The notes below the pieces were generated by a model. The model did no database searches, had not been told where the DNA came from, and was given only the letters and a program-made list of their open reading frames with translations. The position numbers were made by a program, and so were the translations under genes. From NCBI GenBank assembly GCA_964639725.1, contig CAZXFB010000001.1, positions 180,400-244,399 on the forward strand: a stretch of DNA of 64,000 bases, read 5' to 3'. Each line of letters opens with the position of its first letter. Position 1 is the stretch's first letter. Positions 1-10,748 of the stretch are shown here, piece after piece. This DNA comes from an uncultured Rikenellaceae bacterium. Its GTDB lineage: Bacteria > Bacteroidota > Bacteroidia > Bacteroidales > VadinHA17.

Positions 1-1392
1 ATGGCAAGTCTGTTTGGAAAAGCTCAGCAACCAGGGGAACATGCCAATGTTGTATTTATTCTGGTTGACGATCTTGGATGGGCTGACCTGGGTTACCAGG
101 GCAGCAGGATATATGAATCTCCAAATGTTGACCGTCTGGCTTCTGAAGGTATGATATTCTCCCAGTTTTATTCAGGAGGCCCCGTGAGCTCACCATCAAG
201 GGCGGCAATTATGACAGGTAGAGCATGTGCAAGAACAGGAATAACAGGAGTACTGGTGACACCTGAAAAAGATCCTGAATATCTGACACATCAGCTTGAT
301 CATTCAGAGTTTAATATTGGGGAAGCATTTCTTAAAAACAAGTATGCCACTGGTTATTTCGGGAAATGGCATCTGGGTTATGCTATGAAAGACTGGGCTG
401 GTAATCAGGGTTTTCAGACCGCCATAGGCGGCTCAACCTCTTATAATGACTGGAGTGAAGCCTATCCGGATAAGAAACCTCCCATCCCATCAGATCAACT
501 TGAAACCTTTTATTTTAGTCCGCATTATTTTACTCATATGAAAGATGGGCCTGTAGGAGAATATCTTACTGATCGTCTGACCAATGAAACAGTTAAATTC
601 ATTGCAGATAATAAAGAGAGACCCTTCTTTGCATTTCTTTCATTTCATACAGTTCACACACCTCTTGAGGCTAAAGACGAAACTGTAGCAAGGTTCAGAA
701 AAAAAATAATTGAACTGGAGCTTCTGAACAAGAATGATATGGGTACAGGATCGCGGGTTTATCAGAATCTGCCTGAATATGCTGCCATGGTTAGCCATAT
801 GGATGAAAACGTTGGACGTCTTTTGCATGCTATTGATTCACTCGGATTAAAAGAAAAGACAATAGTGATATTTACTTCTGATAACGGAGGCAAAGGGAAT
901 GTCACATCCAATGCACCTTTAAGAGGTGCTAAACATGATCTGTATGAGGGCGGTATAAGGGTTCCGTTTATTGTAAGGTGGCCAGGAAAAATTAAGGCTG
1001 GATCAGTTAATCGTACTCCTTTATACTTTGTTGATTGTTATCCAACTCTCCTGGATCTGGCAGGACTCCCGTTGGAACCTTCACAACATATTGATGGATT
1101 AAGTTTTAAATCCATTTTGTGCGGTGATAGCAAAAATATCAAACGGAATACTTTATTCTGGCATTATCCACATGGAGTTTTTCAGGGGGCGGTGCGATGG
1201 AACGATTTTAAGTTAGTATATCATTATAAAACAGGTGAAGCCGAGTTATTTGACCTCTCAAAGGATATAGGTGAGAAAAATGACCTTAGCAAACGAAATG
1301 CTGAATTGACTTCCAGAATGAAAATAATGTTACATGACTGGTTATTGGAAACAGGTGCCAGATTCCCAAAAACAGGTATGATAATGCCCTAG
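1..1392 (+). CDS. Sulfatase, Ser-type (true start may lie upstream of the window)
   Basis: DDLGWADLG N-terminus, SSPSRAAIMTG signature, GKWHLG, SDNGG, LYEGGIRVP; no signal peptide visible at the window edge. Confidence 0.92.
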   Translation: MASLFGKAQQPGEHANVVFILVDDLGWADLGYQGSRIYESPNVDRLASEGMIFSQFYSGGPVSSPSRAAIMTGRACARTGITGVLVTPEKDPEYLTHQLDHSEFNIGEAFLKNKYATGYFGKWHLGYAMKDWAGNQGFQTAIGGSTSYNDWSEAYPDKKPPIPSDQLETFYFSPHYFTHMKDGPVGEYLTDRLTNETVKFIADNKERPFFAFLSFHTVHTPLEAKDETVARFRKKIIELELLNKNDMGTGSRVYQNLPEYAAMVSHMDENVGRLLHAIDSLGLKEKTIVIFTSDNGGKGNVTSNAPLRGAKHDLYEGGIRVPFIVRWPGKIKAGSVNRTPLYFVDCYPTLLDLAGLPLEPSQHIDGLSFKSILCGDSKNIKRNTLFWHYPHGVFQGAVRWNDFKLVYHYKTGEAELFDLSKDIGEKNDLSKRNAELTSRMKIMLHDWLLETGARFPKTGMIMP

Positions 1393-1451
1393 TAATATTT
1401 CATATGTATAAACTATATTGGAAACTGATATCATTAATAAATAGTTAAACC

Positions 1452-2966
1452 ATGAATAAAAGTATTAGTCAACTACAGTATTTCTTTCTCGTGATTGTTG
1501 GTTTCCTGATCTCTGCCTGTACTACCAGGAGTGACAGGAATGCATCAAAGGAAAAGGGAGATAAAGGTAAAAGACCCAATATCTTACTTATTGTTTCAGA
1601 GGATAACGGACCTCATCTTTCGTGCTACGGTGATCCTGTTATAAAGACTCCAAACCTTGATAATATTGCCGAAAAGGGGATCCTGTTTAGGAATGCATAT
1701 GTCACTCAGGCTGTTTCCAGTCCTTCACGGAGTTCTATCCTTACAGGACTATATCCTCATCAGAACGGCCACCTCGGTCTTGCAACACACGGTTATCACT
1801 TTGTTGGTAAAGTCAGGAACATATATCAGATCATGAAAGATGCAGGATACAGAACTGGCATGATTGGTAAATTGCACCTTAACCCTGAAAGCGATTTTCC
1901 AATTGATTTTCATCCGATAAAAGGATCTAATTTTGAAAAAAAAGGACTCGCCGGTTATTCAGAATTTGCCGGCAATTTTATAAACGAGTCAGATGACCCT
2001 TTCTTTCTGATGGTTAACTTCCCGGATGCCCATTTCCCATTTCAGGATACAGTCGAAAACCGACCTGCAAAAGTGGTTGATCCTGAAAATGTTAAAGTTT
2101 TTCCATATATTGGTTTTGAAAACGAGCGATTAAAAAAAATCAATTCAAATATATACAACTGCATGCTTCGTCTGGATGAGTGTGTCGGTGAACTAATGAA
2201 TAAATTATCCGACTCAGGCAAGGAAGACAATACAATAGTTATCTATCTGGGTGATCACGGATGCCAGATGGCAAGAGCGAAAATATGGGTCTATGAGGCA
2301 TCTGATAAAATTCCGTTTATAGTTAAATGGAAAGGTAAAGTAAAGGAAGGAATTCAGTCTGATGCATTAATTTCCACTATAGATATAGTTCCGACTTTAT
2401 GTGAGGTTTTAGGAGTGGAGATTCCTGATAAAGTTTCAGGAAAAAGCCTATTACCTCTTTTCAATAACCCTGATTTAAAATTCAGGGAGCATATGTTTGT
2501 TGAGAGAAATTGTGATGCAAGAGAGTTCTACTTTCCACAGAGAGCAATAAGAGATGGCAGGTATAAATTAATTTATACTCTGCTTAACGACAGAAAAGAT
2601 CCTGCAGTTCTTCTTTATACCGGGAAGACCCCTCATCCTGCTTACAGAGGTACTCTTACTCAAGAGGAATTAAAATCAGCTCCACAAAACATAATAGATA
2701 CATATAATACCTGGCTTCAGCCACCAGAATTGCAACTTTATGATCTTCAAAATGACCCTTGGGAATTTAAAAATCTGGCAAACAAACCAGGATATGAGAA
2801 GATAAGGGATGAACTCTTTGAAAAATTGAAAAAGTGGCAGGTAGATACAGATGATCCTTTAAGATTTCCGGAAAGATTGAAAGCCCTGACAACAGAGCAT
2901 GATACAATTATTACGTCTTCTAAAAGGAATAACTGGCTTTACCCTAAGTACCTGTATGATCAGTAG
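1452..2966 (+). CDS. Sulfatase, Ser-type (sulfamidase-like), lipoprotein
   Basis: Lipobox ISAC, PNILLIVSED, SSPSRSSILTGLYPHQNG, GDHG, LYDLQNDPWE. Confidence 0.92.
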   Translation: MNKSISQLQYFFLVIVGFLISACTTRSDRNASKEKGDKGKRPNILLIVSEDNGPHLSCYGDPVIKTPNLDNIAEKGILFRNAYVTQAVSSPSRSSILTGLYPHQNGHLGLATHGYHFVGKVRNIYQIMKDAGYRTGMIGKLHLNPESDFPIDFHPIKGSNFEKKGLAGYSEFAGNFINESDDPFFLMVNFPDAHFPFQDTVENRPAKVVDPENVKVFPYIGFENERLKKINSNIYNCMLRLDECVGELMNKLSDSGKEDNTIVIYLGDHGCQMARAKIWVYEASDKIPFIVKWKGKVKEGIQSDALISTIDIVPTLCEVLGVEIPDKVSGKSLLPLFNNPDLKFREHMFVERNCDAREFYFPQRAIRDGRYKLIYTLLNDRKDPAVLLYTGKTPHPAYRGTLTQEELKSAPQNIIDTYNTWLQPPELQLYDLQNDPWEFKNLANKPGYEKIRDELFEKLKKWQVDTDDPLRFPERLKALTTEHDTIITSSKRNNWLYPKYLYDQ

Positions 2967-3081
2967 CCTTTTTTAGTTAAAGATTAATTCCTTAATTTGA
3001 ATTAAATGTTTGCAAAAAGTCACACGGATATTCTGACTAATAAACGGCGAAATCTATAAAATTAACTTATAAACTACTAAA

Positions 3082-3993
3082 ATGAAAAAAGGGTTACTTT
3101 ATACAGCTTCAATAATTATTTCATGGCTTCTGGTCAATTCCTGCACCGACACTTCGATAAGAGCCAACCGTCTTATATTGATTGCTCTTGATGGTATCAG
3201 TGTTGAAGGATTTAATACTGCGAAACATCCCAATCTTGACCAGCTAATAGCAGAAGGTATACTTTCTCTCAATACAAGGAATGTTATGCCCTCTGTAACT
3301 CTGCCTAACTGGACAAGTCATCTTACCGGCAGTGGTCCTGAACAACATGGAGTGGATAATAACAGCTGGGAATTTAATAACAATAAGCTTCCTCCAATCG
3401 ATATGGATAGTAAGGGTTTTTATCCTTCAATATATAAAGTACTGAAGGAACAGGTACCTGAAGTTAAAACAGCTTTTTATTACAACTGGAATAAACTGAT
3501 ATATCCATATAACCAGGAATATATTGATGAAGTCAGCTTTGAGGAGAATGATAGTTATATGGTTAATTATAATAAAGCTATTGATTTCATAATAAAAAAC
3601 AGGCAGAAACCAACATTTGTTTTTCTCTATTCTGTACATACCGATCATGCCGGGCATAAATATAACTGGATGTCCCCTGAGTATATAAGCTCAATTGAAG
3701 AAGCTGATGTGCGTATAGGGGAGTTTCTTAAAAAACTTAAAGCTGAAGGATTGTATAACAATACACATTTCATGTTTCTGAGTGATCATGGTGGCATTGA
3801 GAAAAGCCACGGTGGAATGAGTAGAACCGAGATGGAAGTTCCATGGGTTATTGCAGGTCCTGGGATAAAAAAAGGAAAGATGCTTGAAGAACCAAATAAT
3901 ACTGTTAATACGGCAGCTACAGTTTCATATCTCTTTGGCTGTAAACCTCCTCTTTCATGGATTGGCGAGGTACCATTGTCAATATTTGAATAA
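3082..3993 (+). CDS. Alkaline phosphatase superfamily / type I phosphodiesterase
   Basis: LIALDG, PSVTLPNWTSHLTG, DHAGH, SDHGG motifs. Confidence 0.85.
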   Translation: MKKGLLYTASIIISWLLVNSCTDTSIRANRLILIALDGISVEGFNTAKHPNLDQLIAEGILSLNTRNVMPSVTLPNWTSHLTGSGPEQHGVDNNSWEFNNNKLPPIDMDSKGFYPSIYKVLKEQVPEVKTAFYYNWNKLIYPYNQEYIDEVSFEENDSYMVNYNKAIDFIIKNRQKPTFVFLYSVHTDHAGHKYNWMSPEYISSIEEADVRIGEFLKKLKAEGLYNNTHFMFLSDHGGIEKSHGGMSRTEMEVPWVIAGPGIKKGKMLEEPNNTVNTAATVSYLFGCKPPLSWIGEVPLSIFE

Positions 3994-4078
3994 AGATATG
4001 CTTCTGTGATATGAATGCACTTCTTACATAGTTTTATTTGAAAATGTAAATTATAAGTTAATTAATTATTTTTTTATA

Positions 4079-5332
4079 ATGGATTCAGAATTATCATCGT
4101 TAACCAAAGATAGTTCTAAACTGCCTTCGGGTGCCTGGCTGGTGGTAATTCTCCTTTTTTTTGTAGGAGCCCTGAATTACATCGACCGCACTCTCATCCT
4201 TACGATGCGCGTTTCTGTAATTGAGGTAATCCCCATGAACGAGACAAGGTTCGGCCTTCTTACTTCAGTTTTTTTGTGGACATATGGACTTCTAAGCCCT
4301 TTCGGAGGGTTCCTTGCTGACCGCTTTAAACGCAGCAGGGTTATTTTTGTGAGCCTCCTGGTGTGGTCAGTGATCACATGTTTGACAGCGTATTCATCCT
4401 CATTCGGGCAGTTGCTAACCTTACGAATACTCCTCAGCATCAGTCAGGCCTGTTACATTCCGGCAGCTCTTGCTCTTATTGCAGATTATCATCGCGGATC
4501 CACAAGGTCCCTGGCAACCGGAATACATATGACCGGAATTATGGTCGGATTGGGTATGAGTTTCATGGGTGGATGGATTGCGGAAAAACAAGAATGGAAT
4601 ACAGTATTTCTGATCTTTGGTATTGCAGGAGTTGTATATTCTTTTATTGTACTTCTAACTCTGCGTGATATTTCTGAAAACCATGATGATCATATTCCGG
4701 AAATACCAGAAAAGAATATCAGCTTTTTCATGGTAATTAAAGATCTTTTCAGCAAAGGTGCTTTCATTCTGACCTTACTATACTGGGGTTTACTTGGTAT
4801 TGTTGGTTCTTTACTCCTGGGATGGCTTCCTACATACTATAAAGAGCATTTTAATCTTACCCAGGGGATTGCAGGTCTCTATGCCACAGGGTATCTTTAC
4901 CCTATGGCTATAATCGGATTGCTTTTTGGTGGTTTCTGGGCTGACCGCTGGAGCAGAACCAATCCATATGCAAGAATACTTGTACCAGTAATCGGACTAT
5001 CTGTTGCTGCTCCATGCATTTATCTTGCAAGCAGTACAGCAATCCTGCCTGCAGCAATAATATTTTTCGCAATTATGCGATTATTTTTAGCATTTTGTGA
5101 TTCAAATATGATGCCTATCCTTTGCCTTATTGCTAACAAACAATTTCGTGCCACAGGATATGGAGTCCTGAATTTTTTCAGCACAATATTAGGCGGATTC
5201 GGGCTTTATGCCGGTGGGGTTTTACGTGATTTGAATGTAAATCTGAGTAATATGATTCAACTCGCCGGAATTATATTACTAATCTGTGCTTTATTGTTAT
5301 ATATGGTCAAATTGAAGTTAAAAACTTTATAA
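4079..5332 (+). CDS. MFS transporter
   Basis: Multiple hydrophobic segments, LNYIDR, GFLADRFKR and GFWADRW motif A. Confidence 0.9.
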   Translation: MDSELSSLTKDSSKLPSGAWLVVILLFFVGALNYIDRTLILTMRVSVIEVIPMNETRFGLLTSVFLWTYGLLSPFGGFLADRFKRSRVIFVSLLVWSVITCLTAYSSSFGQLLTLRILLSISQACYIPAALALIADYHRGSTRSLATGIHMTGIMVGLGMSFMGGWIAEKQEWNTVFLIFGIAGVVYSFIVLLTLRDISENHDDHIPEIPEKNISFFMVIKDLFSKGAFILTLLYWGLLGIVGSLLLGWLPTYYKEHFNLTQGIAGLYATGYLYPMAIIGLLFGGFWADRWSRTNPYARILVPVIGLSVAAPCIYLASSTAILPAAIIFFAIMRLFLAFCDSNMMPILCLIANKQFRATGYGVLNFFSTILGGFGLYAGGVLRDLNVNLSNMIQLAGIILLICALLLYMVKLKLKTL

Positions 5333-5376
5333 TTAATAACGCTGATATATTTATTTATCCAATAATAAACCAAACT

Positions 5377-6555
5377 ATGTTAATATCTGATAAAGGTTTT
5401 AAGTATATCCTGCAGGTAACAGGAATAATTTTATTTCTGATAAATGGTTTAGTGATAACAGCCCAGATTTCCAGTCCTTGGGAAATTAGTGCTGATCCTG
5501 GTAGTCAGTTTATAACTACAATTAAACCAAACGAAACAGGAACTAAAGCAATGCCCTTTTTAAGCAGCGTTCAAAAAATATGGGACGAATCTTTGTCAGG
5601 ATTGCCATATAATGCTTTCACAGATCTTATCAGGTTTAAAGGTAACTGGTATTGCACTTTTCGGGAGGGCGAATCTCATACTTCCGGAACAGGAAAAATA
5701 CGTGTTATTAAATCTGCAGATGGTAAAGCATGGAGATCAGTTTCCCTTTTTGAACTGGATGGATGCGATCTGCGTGATCCCAAGCTTTCAATTACAGCCG
5801 AAGGGGAACTCCTCTTAAACAGTCTGGTTCTTTTTATTTCCTATAAAATAAGACCAATTAAATGCCAATCTGTAACATGGCTCTCTAGTGACGGAGAACA
5901 ATGGAGTAGTGTTTATGCTTGCAGCAGTGGTACTGATTCCTGGCGCTGGGGTGTTACATGGCATTGTGGTATCGGTTACAGCTTAGCGTACTGGGGTAAA
6001 GATACAACAGGAACACTTTATGCCACATGCGATGGGAAGAGCTGGAATGTAATTGCAGAAAATGTGTTTCCCATGGGAAAGGGCAATGAGGCTTCAATAG
6101 ATTTCAGTAAGGATGGTACAGCATACTGTTTGCTTCGTGATGGACCTGGAGGAATGGCTCATTTTGGTACTGCAAAACAACCCTTTACTGAGTGGACATG
6201 GAGAGATCTGGGTATGTATGCCGGAGGTCCTGAAATAATACGTCTCAAAGATAACAGGATTCTTGCGGTAGTACGACTCCATGAGGGAGGGTTGCCCCCT
6301 GATGATAAGATGCCAGGTCTTTCATCAGTTTTAGGTGGAGGACGAACTTCTTTATGCTGGATTGATCCTGAGAAAGGCGTAATGAAAGAATTTCTGACAT
6401 TACCATCAGGCGGTCATGGAGGACACTCTTACGCAGGAATAGTTGAGCATGAGGAAATGATCTGGATAAGTTATTACTCAAGCCATGAAAATACAACCAA
6501 AAAAGAAAGACCATCTATTTACTTGGCTAAGGTGAAATTAGCCCCCAAAAAATAA
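5377..6555 (+). CDS. Secreted BNR/sialidase-fold beta-propeller protein
   Basis: Signal peptide, YNAFTDLIRF..FREG.SH, Asp-box-like SADGKAW and SSDGEQW, C-terminal SYYSSHE. Confidence 0.7.
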   Translation: MLISDKGFKYILQVTGIILFLINGLVITAQISSPWEISADPGSQFITTIKPNETGTKAMPFLSSVQKIWDESLSGLPYNAFTDLIRFKGNWYCTFREGESHTSGTGKIRVIKSADGKAWRSVSLFELDGCDLRDPKLSITAEGELLLNSLVLFISYKIRPIKCQSVTWLSSDGEQWSSVYACSSGTDSWRWGVTWHCGIGYSLAYWGKDTTGTLYATCDGKSWNVIAENVFPMGKGNEASIDFSKDGTAYCLLRDGPGGMAHFGTAKQPFTEWTWRDLGMYAGGPEIIRLKDNRILAVVRLHEGGLPPDDKMPGLSSVLGGGRTSLCWIDPEKGVMKEFLTLPSGGHGGHSYAGIVEHEEMIWISYYSSHENTTKKERPSIYLAKVKLAPKK

Positions 6556-6621
6556 TTCATCTGAATAAAGCCACAAATTATAAAAATGAACTTTTAACAA
6601 AATATTTAATCAAAAATAAAT

Positions 6622-7290
6622 ATGAACCAACCATTAAAAATTTCCGGATTTATCTCAATCATATCATTTATTTTACTTACATCTTGTGGTTCTACAGTTC
6701 AGGACTCTGAAGGTAACAAATACAAAACCATAAGAATAGGTAATCAGGAATGGATGGCTGAAAACCTGAATGTGAGTCATTTCCGCAATGGTGATACTAT
6801 TCATGAAGTCAGGAATGACAAAGAATGGGAATTAGCCGGAAGGGAAGGTAAACCAGCCTGGTGTTATTTTAATAACAATACTGATAATGGTAAAAAATAT
6901 GGAAAGTTATATAACTGGTATGCAGTTAGTGACCCTAGAGGATTAACCCCTGTTGGCTGGCATATTCCAGGTGGGGATGAATGGACTCAGCTTATTGAAA
7001 AATTGGGCGGTGAACAAATTGTTGCTGATAAATTGAAATCCACTAGCGGATGGGAGGCTGACTGTAACGGAAATAATGAAAGTGGTTTTTCGGGCCTTCC
7101 CGGCGGATATCGCCACTACACCGGTGGATTCAACCGATATGATAACGCAGGAGGTGGTTACTGGTGGGCTTCATCAGAGGGTTTCACGTATATAGCATGT
7201 TCATTCCCTTTGTATCATAGTAATGGTGGGGAAAACAGGTCATTCACCAGTAAAGCAAGGGGATTTTCTGTTCGTTGTCTTAGAGATTAG
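6622..7290 (+). CDS. Fibrobacter succinogenes major paralogous domain lipoprotein
   Basis: LTSC lipobox, YKTIRIGNQEWMAENL, YGKLYNWYAV, GFSVRCLRD. Confidence 0.9.
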   Translation: MNQPLKISGFISIISFILLTSCGSTVQDSEGNKYKTIRIGNQEWMAENLNVSHFRNGDTIHEVRNDKEWELAGREGKPAWCYFNNNTDNGKKYGKLYNWYAVSDPRGLTPVGWHIPGGDEWTQLIEKLGGEQIVADKLKSTSGWEADCNGNNESGFSGLPGGYRHYTGGFNRYDNAGGGYWWASSEGFTYIACSFPLYHSNGGENRSFTSKARGFSVRCLRD

Positions 7291-7311
7291 TTAAAAATTA
7301 ATAACTGAATA

Positions 7312-9477
7312 ATGAAAAAGTATTTATTTGCATCTTTATTATTTTTAATTAGTTTAAAATTACTTTCTCAGGATATAAAAGTATCAGGTAATGGTGTCAC
7401 AATTGATTTTGAATTATTTAATGGTAAGCATTTACGACAACTTCTAATATACCCTGATGGTTTTAATGTTCAAAATAACCTTGTTTCCAAATCAGCAGAT
7501 GTTAATCTTGAAGTAGCTGTTCATTGTACAGGAGAATCATATAGCGGAATAATGCTTGTTGATTGTCAACCCGCTATGCGTCTGGAATATATCAGTCAGA
7601 AGGAGACAACCACTTTATATGGTAAGAAGCTGGTTTTTTCACAATACGATCCTAACTTAAAATTAAGGGTAGAATCAATTTATGAGTTCTTCAGCGGGAC
7701 TTCAACTATTCGCCGTTATACGAGGCTTATTAATGAATCGGGGAAATCTATCGGCATTGATCATGTCAGCAGCGCCATGATAAATAATTATGGCAACATT
7801 GGAAAAGGGAGTTTCGAAGACAAACTCATAATTCATAAAGCCAGTAACAGCTGGATGGCAGAAGGGCAATGGAAGCAATATAAGCCATCTGAACTTGGGT
7901 GGTCTGAAAATGGTAAATCCAGCCGTTCCGGTATCTTCAGTACAAACCTTGGCTCCATGTCAACAGTTAGTGATTTACCCTTCGCAATGGTTGAAAACAA
8001 AGCAGTTGGCATTACATGGTTCTGGCAGATAGAACACAACGGATCGTGGCACTGGGAAATGTCAAATTACCGCAATAACTTCACTAATTCAATTGATAAT
8101 AACTATCCCGCATATATCTATTTAGGTGGCCCCGATGAACGCCATCATCATGCCTGGAAAGAATTAAAACCGGGAGAAACTTACGAAACTGTTAAGGTTG
8201 CAATAGGGGTTGTTAAAGGTGGATTTGAAGAGGCAGTTGAAGAAGCTACAAAATACCGCAGAATTGCATGTTTAAGACCACATCAAAATTACAAAACCTG
8301 TCCGGTGATCTTTAATGATTATATGAACTGTCTTGAGGGCAATCCGACAACAGAAAAGGAATTACCACTTATTGAGGCTGCTGCAAAAGCAGGGTGTAAT
8401 TATTTTGTAATAGATGCAGGCTGGTACTCTGAAATAAATGAAAGCTGGGGTGAAACTGTAGGGATGTGGAAACCAGGTAAAACAAGATGGCCTAATGGAA
8501 TAAAAGAGGTGATTGATTCAATACGTAACAAAGGTATGATCCCCGGCCTGTGGCTTGAGATTGAATGTGCAGGTACTAATTCCCCTTTAAAGAACAAACC
8601 AGATAGCTGGTTTTTTATGCGTCATGGTAAAAGAGTTGAAAACAGAACACGGTATTTTCTTGACTTCAGAAACCCTGAAGTAATAAAACATGCTGATGAG
8701 GTTATTGACAGAGTAGTTAATGAATATGGAGCTGGATACATTAAGATGGATTACAATCGTTCCGCTCTGATGGGTACTGAGACAAATGCCTGTAGCATGG
8801 GACAGGGGCTTCTGGAGCATCAGAAAGCTTATCTGAAATGGATTGATAATGTTTTGCTCCGGCATCCGGGATTGATTATTGAAAACTGTGGAAGCGGTGG
8901 CGGTCGAATGGATTATGCCATGCTTTCACGGCATCATTTGCAATCTGTCACTGATCAGACTGACTATACACGTATTCCTTCAATTATAACAGGAAGTATT
9001 GCGGCCGTTTTGCCGGAACAGTTAGCCGGATGGTCATATCCTCTTAAGGCGGGGAATAAATATGAAGCCTCATTCAACATGGTTAACGTAATGATGCTTC
9101 GGATTTTTCAGAGTGGTGCTTTGGCAAATCTTACTGATGAGAGTTTTGAACAGGTGGAGAAAGGAATAAAGGTTTACAAAAATGAACTGGCAGAAATAAT
9201 TCCTGAATGCATTCCGTTTTTTCCTCTTGGAATGCCGGCTTTGGAAGATCATTACTCACCTGTTGCGCTTGGTCTGAAACATGAAAAGGCTGATTATTAT
9301 GCGATATGGAGATTACAGGGTAAAAGCGCTGTTAATATTCCTCTTAAAACCAGGGGACACGCTGAAATACTTTATCCAACTGACTTGAGTATTGAAATGG
9401 AGACAGGGGATAAAACTATTTCTCTGAAATTTCCTAAGCCTGAAATGGCAGTAATTATTAAAGTAATAAAGGAGTAA
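7312..9477 (+). CDS. Glycoside hydrolase, GH36 alpha-galactosidase-like
   Basis: FVIDAGWY, GLWLEIE, YIKMDYN, ENCGSGGGRMD. Confidence 0.85.
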   Translation: MKKYLFASLLFLISLKLLSQDIKVSGNGVTIDFELFNGKHLRQLLIYPDGFNVQNNLVSKSADVNLEVAVHCTGESYSGIMLVDCQPAMRLEYISQKETTTLYGKKLVFSQYDPNLKLRVESIYEFFSGTSTIRRYTRLINESGKSIGIDHVSSAMINNYGNIGKGSFEDKLIIHKASNSWMAEGQWKQYKPSELGWSENGKSSRSGIFSTNLGSMSTVSDLPFAMVENKAVGITWFWQIEHNGSWHWEMSNYRNNFTNSIDNNYPAYIYLGGPDERHHHAWKELKPGETYETVKVAIGVVKGGFEEAVEEATKYRRIACLRPHQNYKTCPVIFNDYMNCLEGNPTTEKELPLIEAAAKAGCNYFVIDAGWYSEINESWGETVGMWKPGKTRWPNGIKEVIDSIRNKGMIPGLWLEIECAGTNSPLKNKPDSWFFMRHGKRVENRTRYFLDFRNPEVIKHADEVIDRVVNEYGAGYIKMDYNRSALMGTETNACSMGQGLLEHQKAYLKWIDNVLLRHPGLIIENCGSGGGRMDYAMLSRHHLQSVTDQTDYTRIPSIITGSIAAVLPEQLAGWSYPLKAGNKYEASFNMVNVMMLRIFQSGALANLTDESFEQVEKGIKVYKNELAEIIPECIPFFPLGMPALEDHYSPVALGLKHEKADYYAIWRLQGKSAVNIPLKTRGHAEILYPTDLSIEMETGDKTISLKFPKPEMAVIIKVIKE

Positions 9478-9503
9478 TTAATATTAACGAAAAAAATTGT
9501 CAA

Positions 9504-10655
9504 ATGAGAACGAAACTGATGATTATGATTGCTATTATGCTTACTATAAGCATAACTGCAACTTCCCAGCAAGGGAAAAAAGGTGCCAATATCTCATCAA
9601 AGGGTTATTGGTTGCATGAAAATGTCCAGGAGATACCAGGGCTGCCCTCCGGACCATTTGTCAAACTTGGTGACGGAAGTATTCTCACAATTGAAAGAAA
9701 TGTGAGCTGTATTAGCAAAGACAGAGGTAAAACATGGACAAATTATCCCATATTTAAAGATACCTCCAGGTTCGATATCAGAGTTGAAAGAGTCCTTCTT
9801 AGAACCAGAAGCGGAGTAATTATTCTGGCATTTGCCAATGATAAAGAGAGGGCAAACTGGAACTGGCAAAATGATATAGCCGATTCTCCTGGTTCAATGT
9901 TACCAACCTATGCGGTCCGAAGTCTTGACGACGGGAAGACATGGCAGGACCTTCAAAAACTTCATGATGAATGGACAGGAGCTAATCGTGATATTATTGA
10001 AACAAAAAATGGGAATATAGTATTTACATCAATGATGATGCGCCATAACCCAGGCCATCATACTGTGATAACTTATACCTCAATGACTAATGGTCTTAAC
10101 TGGATCCGTTCCAATGTAATTGATCTTGGTGGTGTGGGCCATCACAGTGGCGTAACTGAATCCACAGTTGAACAGCTGAAGGATGGCAGATTATGGATGC
10201 TGATGCGTACTAACTGGGGAGTCTTCTGGGAGACCTATTCTGAGAATGAAGGATTGACATGGAAAAACTTCAAACCAACGAAAATAGATGCCAGTTCAGC
10301 TCCCGGTATCCTAAAGCGTCTTCAGAGTGGCAGGTTGTTACTTGTATGGAACAGAAATGCAATGGAAGGTCAGACTCCTGCTCCTGGGAGACCAGGAGAC
10401 GGAATATCGGCTGAAGTTTTTACCTCTGGTAACAGGGCTGAGTTTTCAATGATGCTCTCGGATGATGATGGTAAAACATGGAGCGATCCGGTTGTAATTG
10501 CCAGGATTACAGATCAAAGCACCGTCAAACGGTTATCTTATCCACGTTTCTTTGAGCCTGAACCAGGCGAGATCTGGATAACAACAACCTACAGCGGATT
10601 CGCCGGATATCTTGCTGTAAAGTTTTATGAAAAGGATTTTATCGGTAAAAAATAG
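9504..10655 (+). CDS. Sialidase-family BNR-repeat protein (paralog A)
   Basis: Signal peptide; Asp-boxes SKDRGKTW, SLDDGKTW, SENEGLTW, SDDDGKTW; LSYP. Confidence 0.8.
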   Translation: MRTKLMIMIAIMLTISITATSQQGKKGANISSKGYWLHENVQEIPGLPSGPFVKLGDGSILTIERNVSCISKDRGKTWTNYPIFKDTSRFDIRVERVLLRTRSGVIILAFANDKERANWNWQNDIADSPGSMLPTYAVRSLDDGKTWQDLQKLHDEWTGANRDIIETKNGNIVFTSMMMRHNPGHHTVITYTSMTNGLNWIRSNVIDLGGVGHHSGVTESTVEQLKDGRLWMLMRTNWGVFWETYSENEGLTWKNFKPTKIDASSAPGILKRLQSGRLLLVWNRNAMEGQTPAPGRPGDGISAEVFTSGNRAEFSMMLSDDDGKTWSDPVVIARITDQSTVKRLSYPRFFEPEPGEIWITTTYSGFAGYLAVKFYEKDFIGKK

Positions 10656-10748
10656 CTGAACGTCGATCCTTCTAATGTCGCAAAATCAAATTCTTAAGAC
10701 TATTGAAGGATCAGGTTTTGTGAAAAGTTCTAAAATAAAATTATAACC